64,000 nt of DNA from Fimbriosthenelais zetlandica (lineage: Eukaryota). Shown here piece after piece: positions 25,601 through 39,603 of the stretch. A program made the translations under genes and the position numbers. The DNA lies in contig OZ365112.1 in assembly GCA_977030845.1 (NCBI GenBank), forward strand, positions 6,200,001-6,264,000, given 5' to 3'. Positions within the stretch are counted from its first letter, which is position 1; every line of letters begins with the position of its first letter. The notes beneath the pieces are model-generated. The model had not been told where the DNA came from. It saw nothing but the letters and a program-made list of their open reading frames with translations, and made no database searches.

Positions 25601-28600
25601 AGGTTGCTGGCTGGGTATATTGCTCAAATTGAAACCTACAACTGGGAGGGAATCAGGAATGCCAGACCACGAAGTGTCATTCAATATGTCGGTTAGTTAT
25701 AAGTATTATAATTTAACCTTTGACCACTGACAGGATGGGTAAGGAATGTATCTATCATCTCCCCTGCACCGTCATGGGTGCACCAAGTTGTTGACTCCCT
25801 CTTTCTCTCTATAGTCATGTGTGGGACTGGTTCTGGTGACCTGTGGGTACTTGTCAGACAAGCCCTCACATCAGGAGAGTCCTCCACCAACAAGAGGACA
25901 AGGACCCTTCAATGTCATTACTGTGGCATGTGCTTCTCCAGGACACAACAGTTAGCACTTGGCAAGACTAATCATAAAGGCGAAAATGGATGGGAAATAT
26001 TGGATGGGGAAAGATACAAGATCAGAAGGTGAAAATGAAGGGAGGCAAACGAGGGAAGTAAGTCAAGTCAAGTTGTGCAGCACTCAATGCACACTCTGAT
26101 GACAAGGCCACAGTCCCGGAGTCAATCAATGAAGAGACGGCAGTGACTTATTAGATTCAATATGCCAGGAGAGTGATAGATCACTGGCTTTGACAAGGGT
26201 CACTGGCATCCAGCCCTCCACAACCCGGTCTATACTGCCCAGACATTCACCAATCAAAGGCATTGAATAAGGGTTTCGCTGAGAGACATTCTGGTATTTT
26301 TTCACTCAAAAGCTCAGGCCTTCACATTAAGTCAGCCTTGATCTTTAACTGAAGTTAATGTAGTGGTTGCAATTCAATGGGTATCACAGAATTTAGCTCG
26401 TTTCTCTATGTCTATGCCGGCAAGGCTTTCGTGTTCAGCTGGTACCACCGATCATTTAGCCTCAGGGTCAAAAGAAGAGCTAGACTGAGATGGGGAAGGG
26501 ATCTATTCAGTGGAAGATTGCTGAGTGCGTGAGATCTAGTCAGAAAGGAAGGGCGACAGGTGAGGAGAGAGGGGACAAGCAAAGAGCGAAACAAGGAGGT
26601 AAAGGCTGCGATGAATGGACTTCCTTTCATGGAATGTCTGGGTGTAATGCATCAAGAATACTGGAGGATTGGAGCAGAACACTTTGGCGTTTTAAGATCT
26701 CTATAAAGGCTAGCTTATGAAAGTCTTTCAGGCATGTTCTCAAGCCGATGTAGGTGATACATGATTTTAATTTCCTTTAGATCTAAAAATGCAAAGCTGA
26801 GAATGTATAATGCATAATCATGGCGGTTATCAAATTAGTTCAATTTTAAGCAACGTAAATGCCAACCCTTTTAACCGCGAATCTGAAGAAGAAAACACAC
26901 TTCTCACCTTCGAGGCCATTCCATTCAAGTACTTCACTTAATAATTATGGCATTTGCAATTTGCCATGAATGCAATTCGGATGAAGCAAGAACGTTCTAA
27001 ACTCCAATAAGGGAAAGGTCATATGGGATCTAACGAACATGACTTTATCTTTCAGCAATTAGGATAAAATGTTAAAGTGTTTTATAACACAATATAGATA
27101 GTACATGGCTACGGTAGTGGGAATGGAACACACTTGGCGTACGCTCACTCAAATTCAACTTCAATGCATGCTTTTCTGGAATTACAGGCATGAATGGTCA
27201 GATCTGAACTAAAGGGTTTTAGTGGAGTATAAAACAAAGCCTCCTATTAAAAGATGGCACGGTTGGTGATTTTAATTTTAACACAATGAGAGGGAATCTG
27301 ACAGCTCCTATGCTTCATTTGTTTCCTTTTCAATGGAATCCGCGGACAAAATTACCAAATGAATTATGGCCTGACTGGCCCAATAAACGATACATGTCAG
27401 CGGAAAACAGACGAGAAGCGGGCTTTGATTTTGTTTGTTAATTTCATAAAATCAAAGAAGAAATCCAACTGCGTATTTTCACCCACTCTGAGTCTGTGCC
27501 AGGTCAACATTGGACCAGGTGAAAATGAAACCAAGAACCGAGAGATACTTGCGTGTATAGGTTGGTCAATGTTAACAAACTTTTCTCCGAGAATTATTCA
27601 ATTAGTCACCCGGCCAACATTGGGGCCTATTTATAATGCAGTGAGGAAACATAGGATACACAAGTGAGAAAGAGAACAGAGACCTTGGCCAGAGAGAGTG
27701 TCACTGCCCGGATGTGAAATCCATGGCTTCAAACCAGCTTCATGACTGATCATGTCCGCTCACTATTTCATCAGGCATGCTCGACCCTGAGTGGACAGAG
27801 GTCAGCGGTAGATTGTGTGTGTGGATGAGCAGGATTCTGACCCTTTATTCCCGGGACAAGCCTGGAGAAAACAGCCATGGTCCGCCACATACCTGAGACT
27901 TCCTGCCTTTCATTCTGGATAATTGATGAGAGAAAGTGTTGCAGTATGGTACACAGACCGGGGCATACTGCTCGCTCTACCATCTCCCACCTCCTCCCCT
28001 CTGAGCAGCTCGGGTTTGCAATTTTTAATCGAAAGGATGTCTTTGAGCATTCTATAAATAGCTCAAAATACACTAAAAGGTCAGGGTTGTGATTAATGAA
28101 ACTTTGGGTCTTGACATTTCATAGCAAGTAATCGCTTCCTCCTTCTATGGGTTAAAACCCGGGGAATACTTTGCACTCTGGTTTATTCATCAGAAACAGT
28201 CCATGTTCACCCTCATATGAACCCCCAGTGAGGTAACATCAACACAAATAAGTTCAGTTGTCTTGGAGATAATACATTTATAAATCCATGCACTATTCTC
28301 TAACAAAATTAGGAAATGTTTCCTCGGGCAGTAATTCTATTAGCGGATCGATTCATTGGATTGAATAACAGTAAATCAAAGGTGCATTTCAGGTTGCGGA
28401 TTACACAATCCTAGCACGAGATAATCTGAAAATCCTCCGCAACGGGGCAGAATATACACTGCCATTTTCATAGCTCTGGTGATGGGTGGATGCTCCAAGA
28501 AACGGAGATAGTCAGATGTTTGTAAGAATGTCCCGTTGATGAGGTTGGACCGGAGCTGATTATAATGACTGCTTTTAGAAGGAGTCCTTCAGGCAATAGT

Positions 28601-30099
28601 ATTGACGGAAAAGATCCCAGTCTAGAATACAACCAAGGCTGGCATTGAAGGAACCATGTCAACCATTGTAACTGATGAAGCTTCACAATTGTCAGGTACC
28701 TTTAGTTGGCAAATTATTTTGCATGCAAGGAATTTATGAACACCCAATACTCAATTACCAATAATGGATTATTGGTATTATAAGCTTTATATGCTATTGA
28801 AAGCATTTAATTGAAGCCGGGTTAGGCTGAATGGAAGGCATGATGCATTAGGGTTTCAAACTCTATAGAGGCAAACTTGATGGTGCAGTTATAGGAACTG
28901 TCACAATGGCAAAGCCATTCGTTCTTAGTTTAAGGGGCAATAAAAATATGCTCGTTACTTCAAATCAGACACCAGTCAATAATTTCCATTTCCCGAAATC
29001 TGTAGAGCAGTGAGTGGATTAATATCCCCTCCGCAGACATTCATCATCTCACAATGAATATCTTGATCAGTAATCAAGCATAATGACATCGGTCCGTTAT
29101 TGGTATAGGACATTTTACTGGGCCTACTCTAAAAGTGGAGCTATTCATTGAATTACCTTCCAACGAGGCAGCTTGAAAAGTCTCATTCATTCCCCTTCAT
29201 CTCCACCAAGTCTGTGACAAAGATTTTAACAATATGCCTGCCAAGTGGATTGTTGATAGGCTGAATATTACCCGTGAATAATAGCACCTTAATAATGAAG
29301 GATTGAGGCAGTGAGTCTTTTACTTATCGCCCAGACCCAGGCAGCGGGACCGGATCAGTGGCATGATTCCATGAGATATTGCTCTCTTTTCTCACCGTTA
29401 TTCAAGGCTTATGATGTAGGCAATGCCTTTAGGCATACAGAAACTCTCCTGGCCTAATACGAGGTATGCATTCAGAGGGCTCCCATTCAGGGATCTAATT
29501 GGTATTTCAAAGCGAATTCCCTGACCGAGCCTGGGAGAACAGTGAGAGGGATTAGTCCGCCTATAGATGCATGTCTCGGGTGTATATTTTTCACAGTAGA
29601 TTCACAGGCAATGCTTTATCGGGAAATAAAATCACTTTCATTCAATGATAGAATCAGGGGAAGATAGCGATTCATTTATTCTTTTGTCAGAGACTCTATT
29701 TCAATACTTGGTTTTCATTGATTGTATTACCAGATTAAAATGGAAATTCTGGTGCATTAACTCATATCATGTAGCTTACCAATTCATGAATCCCCAGAAC
29801 TGAGGGATGGCTCTCTCAATCTTTACACTATCTAGCCAAGCTTCAAGCTTGAATACATTTTACAATATTCTCTACCTATATTACCCCGACCCTGCTCTAG
29901 CCTGTCCAGGCCAACACTGAAGGATCCTTGGAGCAGAAAACATATTGCCTGGTGGAAATAACAAGCTTCTGGCTGAACTTAAAGTATGATTCATCCCCTT
30001 GTCAGTTTATATTTTCCCCTGGACAGTCTTGAGTGGTAAAACCATATGGCTATAGAGCCTATGGACTGCGGCTGGTGGAGGTGTACTGGGTGGAGTGGA

Positions 30100-30114
30100 G
30101 GGGGGGGGGGGGGG
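30100..30114 (+). repeat. G15 homopolymer in a G-rich context
   Basis: 15 consecutive G, preceded by GGTGGAG/TGGGTGGAGTGGA. Confidence 0.9.
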
Positions 30115-31739
30115 CAGGATACCTGCATTATATAGAAGCAACCAACCCATACACTTCTGTCTTCATCATTATAGGTGTAAGTGGAGTCCTTCGCTCCGTC
30201 ATACACCCCAGTAACTCAAAGAAAATTCATTCCAGGAGAAACCTTTACCAAGCTTGAGCACCTTCTGGAGTGGAGCTGATGGTTTAGAAAGGGGTCGGGT
30301 GGAGTGGTTGCATTGGCATAATGAGAAGTAGAGCTCGATCGATAGTCATCGTAATAAGAGGCTCAATATCGAGACATTTGGGCTTGTTGAGAAGAAGGCA
30401 AGAGGAGGTGGGGGGAAGAGCATCAAGGTAATAGATATAAAAGTGCCACGAGAAAAGATGGGAGAATTTAAATATGAATATACTACCATTGCGGGTATGT
30501 CCCCAGCAGCAGTCTTAAGCTATACGTATATATTCCTCTATGGGGGATGATGGGTGTTGTCCATAAATTTCAGGGACCGAGGCACAGACGGGAAAACTCA
30601 AGACGCAATTTAGAGATTGGTCTTTTTAGGCGGGACGCGGAAAGACAAATCACCGACAGGTAAATACAATCGCTTATCGCTCAGTCTCAAAAAACATTAT
30701 TTCAGCCAAGTGATCCGGACCAGCATTACGACGTATTTACGCTATGTATAGTACCTCCTGTCTTTACCCAACCAAGCTTCTCCCACCCCTACAAACACCC
30801 AGACGCCATCCGAGATGTTGTCTCACTCAAAACAATGGAGTAAAGTAGATGGATGGGGAAGCTGGACAGAGTCTGATGCACTGTAAAAGAATCTCCATGG
30901 ATTAAAAAAGCAGAATTAAAAAAGTTTAATCCCCACTGGAATTGACCTTCATTATTCCATATTGGAAAAATAAACCATATTGCTCCATTGATAAAATAGT
31001 CTATTTTAATGAAGGAAGTTGGTATATTATTTGTAAGGATGTTTTAACAGTGCAGGGAGAGGCTGGCTTGCTGCAGTGAGTTCCAATACAGAATAAGCAT
31101 CATCAACTTGTCATGCTCATGTTCACATATTAAAGGGATCTTAATAACAAAAGGCATCCATGAGCCGCCATCACAAGTCGAGATGAACATGGCCTAGCCG
31201 GCTGGCGCGGTATTAATTCACAGCCACCCATTCACATGCAGATCATTATCTCTTCTTACCTGGACTTGCCATTTTACAGCTCCCTTGGCTGCTTCCCAAC
31301 CTTCTAAATCTCTGCTCAACTTGAGGATTCAATCCTCCAAATCATCCCTCCATTCCCGGACTTTTAGGGGAAGTTGGAGCAGAGGAAGCACAGGGCTTTC
31401 CTCTTATTTCAAATGTCAATCTCCATTCTCATCTTCCAGCAGAGATCAGGGAATCCTCAAGCCATTTTGCCCTCTAAATCCCCTCTCAACTCGTGGATCC
31501 TAGGAGGATGCAGGATCGGGCTGATGTGGGGTTTTGCTCAGAATCCAGTCGAGATTATGCCGACTGTAGTTTTAACAAAACTTTTATGTTTAAAAACTAT
31601 AAAATCAACCGAGGTTTTGTCATCGCAATCACCCGATACTGTCCATAAACTTTACTTTTCTGTGGAAATATTTCTGGTCTCGTTTGGGCCCTCTGCCTGG
31701 CCCATTCAAAAGCCATCCACACTTCTTCAACCCATATTT

Positions 31740-32340
31740 TCATTATCCCGCCCGGGAGCCATTTCCATACAAACATAAAGGGGTATTTTACTACCCATCT
31801 TCCACAGTCGCACCCAGGAATCGCCTTCTCTGCCTACTCGCCGACCTCCTTCACCCTTACTTTCCATGCCTCTCCTCCTCCATTGCTTTCTCTACTTCTT
31901 TGCTCTCCGGGGACCATCACCAATGCCTCCGCTTGCATTTATGGCAATATAGTTTCTTCTGCCTACTCAACCCCAAAACCCGAACCTTCTGTTGGCACAC
32001 AATCGCCCTCTCATTCCCTCAGGCGCATTTTCCAGAGGCTGTTATAATCTCATCCCATGGAGGCCCCACCTCCTTCAACCCAAACACATTGCCCTTTCTC
32101 ACTTCCAACAAACCTCTCTTCCATCTCTAGCCCTTTATTCTATCCAGCTGCGCCTCTCCGCCACTTCTGTTTTATCTCAGTGGGAACCATATTTAACACC
32201 AAAGCTCCAGATGTACAATATTTACCACACTTCTCTCCATTTCTCCCTCTGCTTTCATTGTTTTCTCATATTTTATGCTCATTTCATTTCGTTATTTACG
32301 TATTCTCCCACATTAAACACTTTCCCCTTGTTCCTCTTGA
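31740..32340 (+). repeat. Pyrimidine (C/T)-rich low-complexity tract, possibly a decayed L2-type LINE segment
   Basis: Strong C/T skew over about 600 bp. Faint SRGCYNL...LSH...SIQ similarity to the L2 SRLDYCN...LSHLSPLQSI region. Confidence 0.4.
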
Positions 32341-35300
32341 TAAGGATCTCATATATTCGATCATGAGAGCTTTTGGCTACAAAATCACCGGCCAACAGTT
32401 TGAAAGGAGCATATCCATCACAAAGATTACAGGGACTGTCAAATCCGGAAAATATGCGATTATAAGGGAGCAAGGCAAGCAGAACAAAATATGGATGAAA
32501 TCATGCAGGGATAGGGTAAATCACTTGTATCTGTGGCCCCGTATCAGGCCTTTCACTATAGGAGACACCTGTATAATTTATTGCTATGAATAAATCAGTC
32601 CTTTCAACAATTCTGTATCATAATTTCAATTGATCTTGAAGGAAGATCTTCCCACTGACTTGCTCACAATACAATAGGAATGGAATTCTACGTAATCAGA
32701 AAAATGTACATGCAGGCAGTTCCAAACCAGACTTCCATTCGGAAGTGAGATTTTGTCTCTGTCCAGGGATTTTGTTTTATTATGGAAGGAGGGAATGTCG
32801 TGCTTAATCTTCCTAAATTGCATATTCAGGACCAATATGACTCTCAAATCCATTCATCAGCTGTATTTATGACTCTGCTTAATTGTTTTCGATTTTGTTA
32901 GGAAGCGCGAACCTGGTGAAAAATTGGGTGATTTATCTGCCCTCTAAATCCTCTGGAACAAATAATTAACATTGGTAGCTCGTGGAATGTGTTTGCTAAC
33001 AAATCTCACTTCTGTGTCTCATTTTCCCAAGCTTCAATGACTTAAGAGCATGTACTGCCACACCTTAAATTATTCCATCCTTTTCAGAGGAAGAAAACAC
33101 GGGATTATGCAGGAGAGGCGGGGTACGGTACCACAAGTACCAGCTGAATGAGAACCATGTCAATCACTCAACCTCCGATCACTACTCAGTGCTGGATAGA
33201 TGCAGGATTTAGACCAGCCAAATAGGTCCTCTTTCCCTACCGTTCCTGCACTGGTTTCAAATAATCTCTCAATAACTAGGGAGTTTATATAGAATGATCT
33301 TCAATTCAAAGATTGATTAAGTCACTGCTATGCACCCAATATGGATAGAAATTGCTATAGATTTTATATATTTTATACCCTGTTAGTAAACTCCAACCTT
33401 TTTGCCGTGCTCTATAGCCCTTCACTAAATCCTATACATCACTCTGTTGGCGTGCACTCTTGTACCGTATAGTGCACGGGAATTGTAGGCAGAAATAAAT
33501 GTCTGCATTGCAAACAATTCAAACAGAATTCCTTACACCAAATGCAGGCATCTTACCACTGAGCCAGAGGCAGCTATTCCAGTAGTATCCTAGGCGAATA
33601 ACAAACGAAGGCTATACAACACAGAGTCACATACAAGATGGATAATTCATTTTTTCCACCGTTGTGTACATCATCATATCCATCATTGTATTCAGGATTT
33701 AATTGATTTACTATTCGTCTGGTGTATACAAAACAGGAGAGCAAATTTGATATGGCTCCTTCTCTATCCACTTACTCCACTCTGTTTCATATCTGTATGA
33801 TTTTGAAGATGAAGATAAAAGGATAAGTCCAGGGGAAGTGTATACCCCTGGTGAAGCGTCCTCCTTCATTAGATACTGGCCTTTTGTTTTGGGATTTGGA
33901 AGCCACTTGTATCGACTATGGAGTCATTACAAATACAAGCATTTTCTCATCTGATATATGGGATGGGAGTAATGCAGCACTGCATTGAAGTTTTCCCAGC
34001 AGTTTCAATTCAGGGAAGTGACATTGTAGTCATCCATCATGCACACTCGGTGGAAGCTAGATTTGTATCTACAGACCACATACTTGGTATTTTGATGGGA
34101 CACGTACCCATAGGTGGCAGATGCCTTCCCACTTACATCCAGCAACACTTTGATAATGAAATTTAATAAGTGTCCATACTCGCTGAGATGTAAATACAAC
34201 TGCACATACCAAGCTGAGAATCCAGTCTCGGGGGGTCAATAATCCACTTGCTTCCACCAAGTAGGACTGGTGGTACTTGCAGGCATTACGTTCGCTGGGA
34301 GAAAGCAGGCACATCTATGATTTATAGCTGGCATGGTCACGTAGCAATATTAAGGAACAGTTGCCGGGCCCCGCGAGTGTCATTCCCCAAGCAGATACCA
34401 AATGATGGGCCCTGCAGAAGTTGACGAGTACCCACGAGGGACATGATCACGAGTTTTGTTAAGTGCACGTGGAAAATGAGTTCCGGCCCAGTGTTGACCC
34501 AGACTTTGTTATGTAAGCAAGGTGGGAAGGAAACAACATCCGAGGTGGACGGGTAATGCATGATAGCACAGGGCCTGGAAGGACACGAGGAATAACACTG
34601 TATAAAAAATTTACTGGGAAGGGATGGAGGAATGTATTGATTCCATGTCCCATCCTATGGAGAGCAGATCTAGATGTAACTGCTTAAGTCTACATTTCCA
34701 TCCCTCTCCACTTTCCATCTTGTTTTTCATTTTCTTGTATCAATCTAAAGCAGTCCTTTACCTCGAATACCCTGTCTCTCCCATTCTCTCAGCTTTTCTT
34801 TCCTCACGCACATGAATCTCACGCCTGAGCAGCGAGTGAGGTGTTATTTCAACCTCTCTCTATCAATCTTATTCATAATAGATGTAAAGCCTCTTTTAAT
34901 ATACCTGTGAATACCTCGGTTCACTCTGACCCCACCTCACATCTGCCTTTCACGAGGGTTTCAACTCCTCACCAGCAAATTCCCCCGAGACCTTCCAGGT
35001 CATGACCCCAGAACAAGAGAGGAAAACAGTTGAAGGCCAAGGTACTTTCATGGAGGCTGGCCAGACTGAAGGTGTGTTCTCTGGCCTGGAGGAATAGCTC
35101 CACAACACCTGGCTGCCTCCACAGAAGGTGGCCATCCACTCGCACAGGCATAATGGACTCAAAGTATGCCATTTACATCCTTGGGATAAGAGGCTGCGGG
35201 GTGAATTTTACAACTTTGTCTACAGATACTTCAATGTGAAGCTTGAAACAGGTTTAAACTGTTATCACATGACATAATCTCTGGAAATCTACGACTTCCA

Positions 35301-35942
35301 TTAATACTAAGACCATATCTTTAATAAAATTAAGATTCTAATGGGTGATAAAATCCAAGTCTGTATAAGTAGTATAGGGACTAAGTCAGGCCTGATTGCG
35401 TTGTCTATTTTATGATCTGGGAGGTATTATCTTCACCAAGTTACAATTCTCAGAGAGCCCGGCATTAGAAGGGGTCCTTCAGATGGTTTTAATTACTCAA
35501 GGCCATAAAACATTCACTTCCTAATTGATCTGTTAATTTTTGCATGCTAATCCAGAGATTAAATAAAGACTGACTGTGCAAGTTTAGCCCCATCCATCAA
35601 TAAGAGATAATTGGTTTTATCAATTTGATTACGCCACCACAGCTTAAACAACCCATTGAGAGCACATTTCCATTATCTTATTATATGAGAAAGTGGTGAA
35701 AGGCTCTTGTGTTGTTTCTTTTGTTTGAGGCGGTGACGTTATGGAGCTTTATATAGCCTTGGGTCTCTCACTCTTAGTAAACTGATAATAACAAAGGTAG
35801 AACTGCCTTGGGTATGGCCAGACCAAGAGGCTTAATTGATTAAAGGCAGTATCAAAGAAATTGCTCTATATCCCCCATAGCCCTTTAATTTTAGGCTTAA
35901 TTAGATTACCCTAAATTCAATACGTATTACTAATGGACTTCG

Positions 35943-36351
35943 TGAGTCAAGGACTTCCGTTCTGACTAAAGCTTTAGATGGCCTGGAAATCCGGTATAAG
36001 GACCGACTGCGCATGCGCTGCTAAAGTGGAATATTGCACGAAACAGGGTTGAGACTGCTGAGTGCATTGAGCCACATCGCTTAATACCGAAAGGGGGTTG
36101 TTGCAAACTGTTTTGGGCTAATGGGAGTATAAGAGGATGTGATACAAGAATTGTTATCAGTTAACCTGAAACATAGCAGGGAACTTTGGGATCAATGGCG
36201 GAATTAATCGTTTTCTGCCAAAGTGCACCATGTTGGAGTCAGATGACGTCAGAAGTGAGGGCGGAAGTAATGAACTGACTGATACCAGGAAAGGGTCAGC
36301 CCATTTGTACAAGGGTAAAGATCGGCTTTAAGGTTACCAACCTGGACCAAT
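35943..36351. promoter_or_regulatory. Cluster of housekeeping-promoter-type motifs
   Basis: TGAGTCA (AP-1, 35943), ACTTCCG (ETS, 35953), TGCGCATGCGC (NRF1, 36008), ATGGCGG (YY1-like core, 36195), TGACGTCA (CRE, 36244), GGGCGGAAGT (Sp/ETS, 36259), CCAAT (36347). Confidence 0.4.
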
Positions 36352-39300
36352 CGTACACTTTTTGATTTGTTAAACTACTTTAATGTATCGACTTCTCAAA
36401 TTATCATATTAATGAGTAGATTTGTACGCCCTTCCATATGCCTGGCCTTTTTATCAGCCTCAATGATGTATTTTGCCATCAAAGTACCAGTATGTAACAC
36501 TGAATCCCAGACAAAATCCCCTCTCAAGCTTTAATGAGGAATGAAAAACGTTGCAGGGATCATTTCTCAGATCCTACTTAATCCCTGGCCTCGATTCCGC
36601 CAGCATTCGTCACATGGCTATCACGTGACAAAAATAAAAACATCTAGATTAGAAGTTAAATTGACCCGGAACAAATTTCCCTCGAGAAGAGCAGGAGGGC
36701 TGCCCAAATTTAAATAAGAAATAAATAATCAATGGATTAATCTTGAAATAAATGGTGAGCTACAATTTGAAAGCGAGAAGGCTAGTAGAAGGCTATATGT
36801 ATACCACTCGGGGTGGTATGGGGGTGTCTGATGTGATCCTTATTTACTAGTGGAAGATTCAACCTGTCCCATTTTTCAACTTCTCAGATATATCTTGGTT
36901 AAAAGTCGGAATCCACGGATAAAGAAAGATGGACCAAGATTCATCCTACCTAAATGGATTTCTAGGCCACTAGAAGGCTGCATAAATTGGCCTCACTGAA
37001 TCTGTGTTATAACAGAATAATCCATGCAGCCATGAATGTGTAACTAGGCAAAATGAAGGTGTTGAATTAACAAAGGATGGGCTGTTATTGCGGCATAGTT
37101 TCCATCAGTGGGGCATCCAGGGATTTCATAAAGGACATCCGAGAAAAATCCTCCAATAACAAAGAGGTTCGCCCATTAATTGAACTTCAACACGGCCAGG
37201 TTTATTTTAGAATGTTGACAAAACATTCCCATTTGTCAGCACGCCTGACTTTTGCATTAGACATTTACCTCTATTTCCACCTGAGTTTTCCCCTCAGAAT
37301 ACCTGACAGGTTGGCAAACATTTTCTTTCCTGCCCTGAGCGACTGGCCCTCATAAACTAGGGTACCTGGCTCCCCGGCTCCTCCCCTGTTTGTATGGAAA
37401 TTTATGTAGAGGCTCGAGGGACGAGGTATGCTTTGTGATACTCGAGGCGTGATTTCTGCCTCCTCGCACATTTTATCACTGTCATGGCTTTATTTTTACC
37501 TAGGTTGAGTTCACAGCTGTAATTAACCCCGCACTCCATGGTATTGCAAAAAGAGAAGCTTTCTTTTCTCTTACCTTCCCTCACTTTCAGTCAAACATTC
37601 GCTGCCCTTTCACAAATTATTTTTGGGAAACGTTTATCTCAAATGCTCCTCAAAGTGTGCATCAAGCAGAACAAATTTGCGCACCAGAACAAGCTGAAGA
37701 TGAAGAGAATACTGAGGTACTGAGAACATTGAGGTTATCACCATGTACGTCAAGGCGTAATGAAGCGGTATCTTTAGTGAATACATAAGACAAGGGATGA
37801 ATGATGTAAACAACTATGCGGCTTATATGCTCACTGGCCCATCAAAAGACAAATCATTGTATCTCATGCACTGCGATACGTTTGGTGTAAGAGAGACAAA
37901 TTACAAAATCATATATAGCAAGGTGAAGAATAACCAATGAAAAGGTTGTAAATATGGACTAATTTTATGCTTAAACTGTGAACTAAATCACAGTGTGCAT
38001 ACTATTATTCAACAAGATCTCAGGAAGCATCCATGGGGCCATACTGCTCATACTAATGTATGCGCTTCAGCCAAGCTTCTGATCGAAAGCATTGTCTCCT
38101 ATGCAAATATTATAAGAAATGGTTCGGTACAGGTTGCTTATTACTCAGCTGGGAATATCTACGTTTTATTCCATTACAGGCGACATTCATTTTCGACCTG
38201 CTTCACACTATCAAAGGCTTTCTGCTCACAATGATCTGTATTTAGAGTGTGCATTTCAATGAGGCCTCCCGCAATGAAGTTCATTAAAATTTCACCAATG
38301 TTTTCTGGGTTAATGAGTCAATCTTCCTGCTCCATAAAATAAAAGGGCACCTCCGTTTGGGGCTTAGTAGGATGTTCTCCCATTAAGGAGCCTTCCCTAA
38401 TGGTCGGTGGAAGGAGCGTTTTCCCCAACCTGAATTGGACCCATATTTGCTCCATTTAGGCACTTTAGAAATATGAATAAGGAGGTCGAAATGAAATTAA
38501 TAAGCAACTATTACAGGATACATAATGCAGGTTGCCACTCTAGAAGGGGAATAACCAAGTAGGTGGCTAGGCTGTGTTTTTATGGCTCATGAGGGAGTGG
38601 CGCGCCAAGTCTTGGAGAAATCTTAATGTGGAAGGAAGTGTGAGGAGTGAGTGGAGGCATTCCTTACCGCCCATCCATCTGTCCTGCTGGAGTCTCCAGG
38701 GACAGACCTATATATCCAAACGCTATATCCACCTCCCCTCAGGCATTCCCCCAGCTCGCCTGCGACTCCGTCGACATGGGCTCCCAGGACAGCAATGTCA
38801 AATCCCCTGATACCAATATCAGTCTTGTGACTACCAAAAGGGCCCACAGGAGACAAAATGCTTCCTACAAATTCCTATAACCCGAGTAATAATATCATAT
38901 ACATAATGTGTATTATCTGATTTATGGAAATCAAAGTAAACATATTTGTAGTGACTGAGACATACATACCATATGTTTATCAGAAAACGTATGTAAAGAG
39001 ATATCCTATAGAAAAGAAGCCATCATGATGGCTATGTATTGCATATTATGCATAATATAGATATTGTTTACATTTTAGAGACTGGATGTAAATTACTAAA
39101 CCTACCTGTATCAAGAGACATATTTACACGAAAAAGTCAAAGGTCGAGAGTCGGGGTTTTTTCATGACGTGGGAACGACGTGAAAAGCCACAGATCTGGC
39201 GGCTTTTAAGGGCAGGCTTGCCTACACACCTTGTCACGCTATGCATCTTCATTTCTCTACCTCAACACGCCTACCGTCTCACTACCACATGACATTTAAA

Positions 39301-39603
39301 CAATACTCCCCAGAGCTTTTCAATGGATACTAAAATAGATAGACTTAGCAGTATACAGTAATCCCTGGGGCTTGAGAGGAAGCAAAGGTCTTTTCACCTC
39401 TGCTGGAATGCTGTAGGAGTGCATATATATTTTCTTTTAGAACAGAGTGTAGAGTTAAAATGTTATTTCCTTCTGACAATGCTTTTGTGTTGAAGCTGGA
39501 TGCTTTCCCTTCACGGGTATTCAATTCTCATGGTTTCCGTCAAACCTTATACGGATATATCGGATATAATTTAATCAGATAACTTAGAATTAATCAAAAT
39601 TTT

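Noticed and set aside
28468-28686. L2-like GSFPS...KAVII motif
   Set aside because: Too short and needs an insertion to align.
24664-29399. Shared TTATCGCCCAG...TTCTCACCGTT motif pair at 24664-24708 and 29324-29399
   Set aside because: Spacing differs and the intervening sequence barely aligns. A rough estimate gives about one such coincidence per 64 kb.
33770-33795. 17-nt micro-exon (CAG|...GGA|GTAAGT)
   Set aside because: Not frame-symmetric and no independent support. Such site pairs arise by chance.
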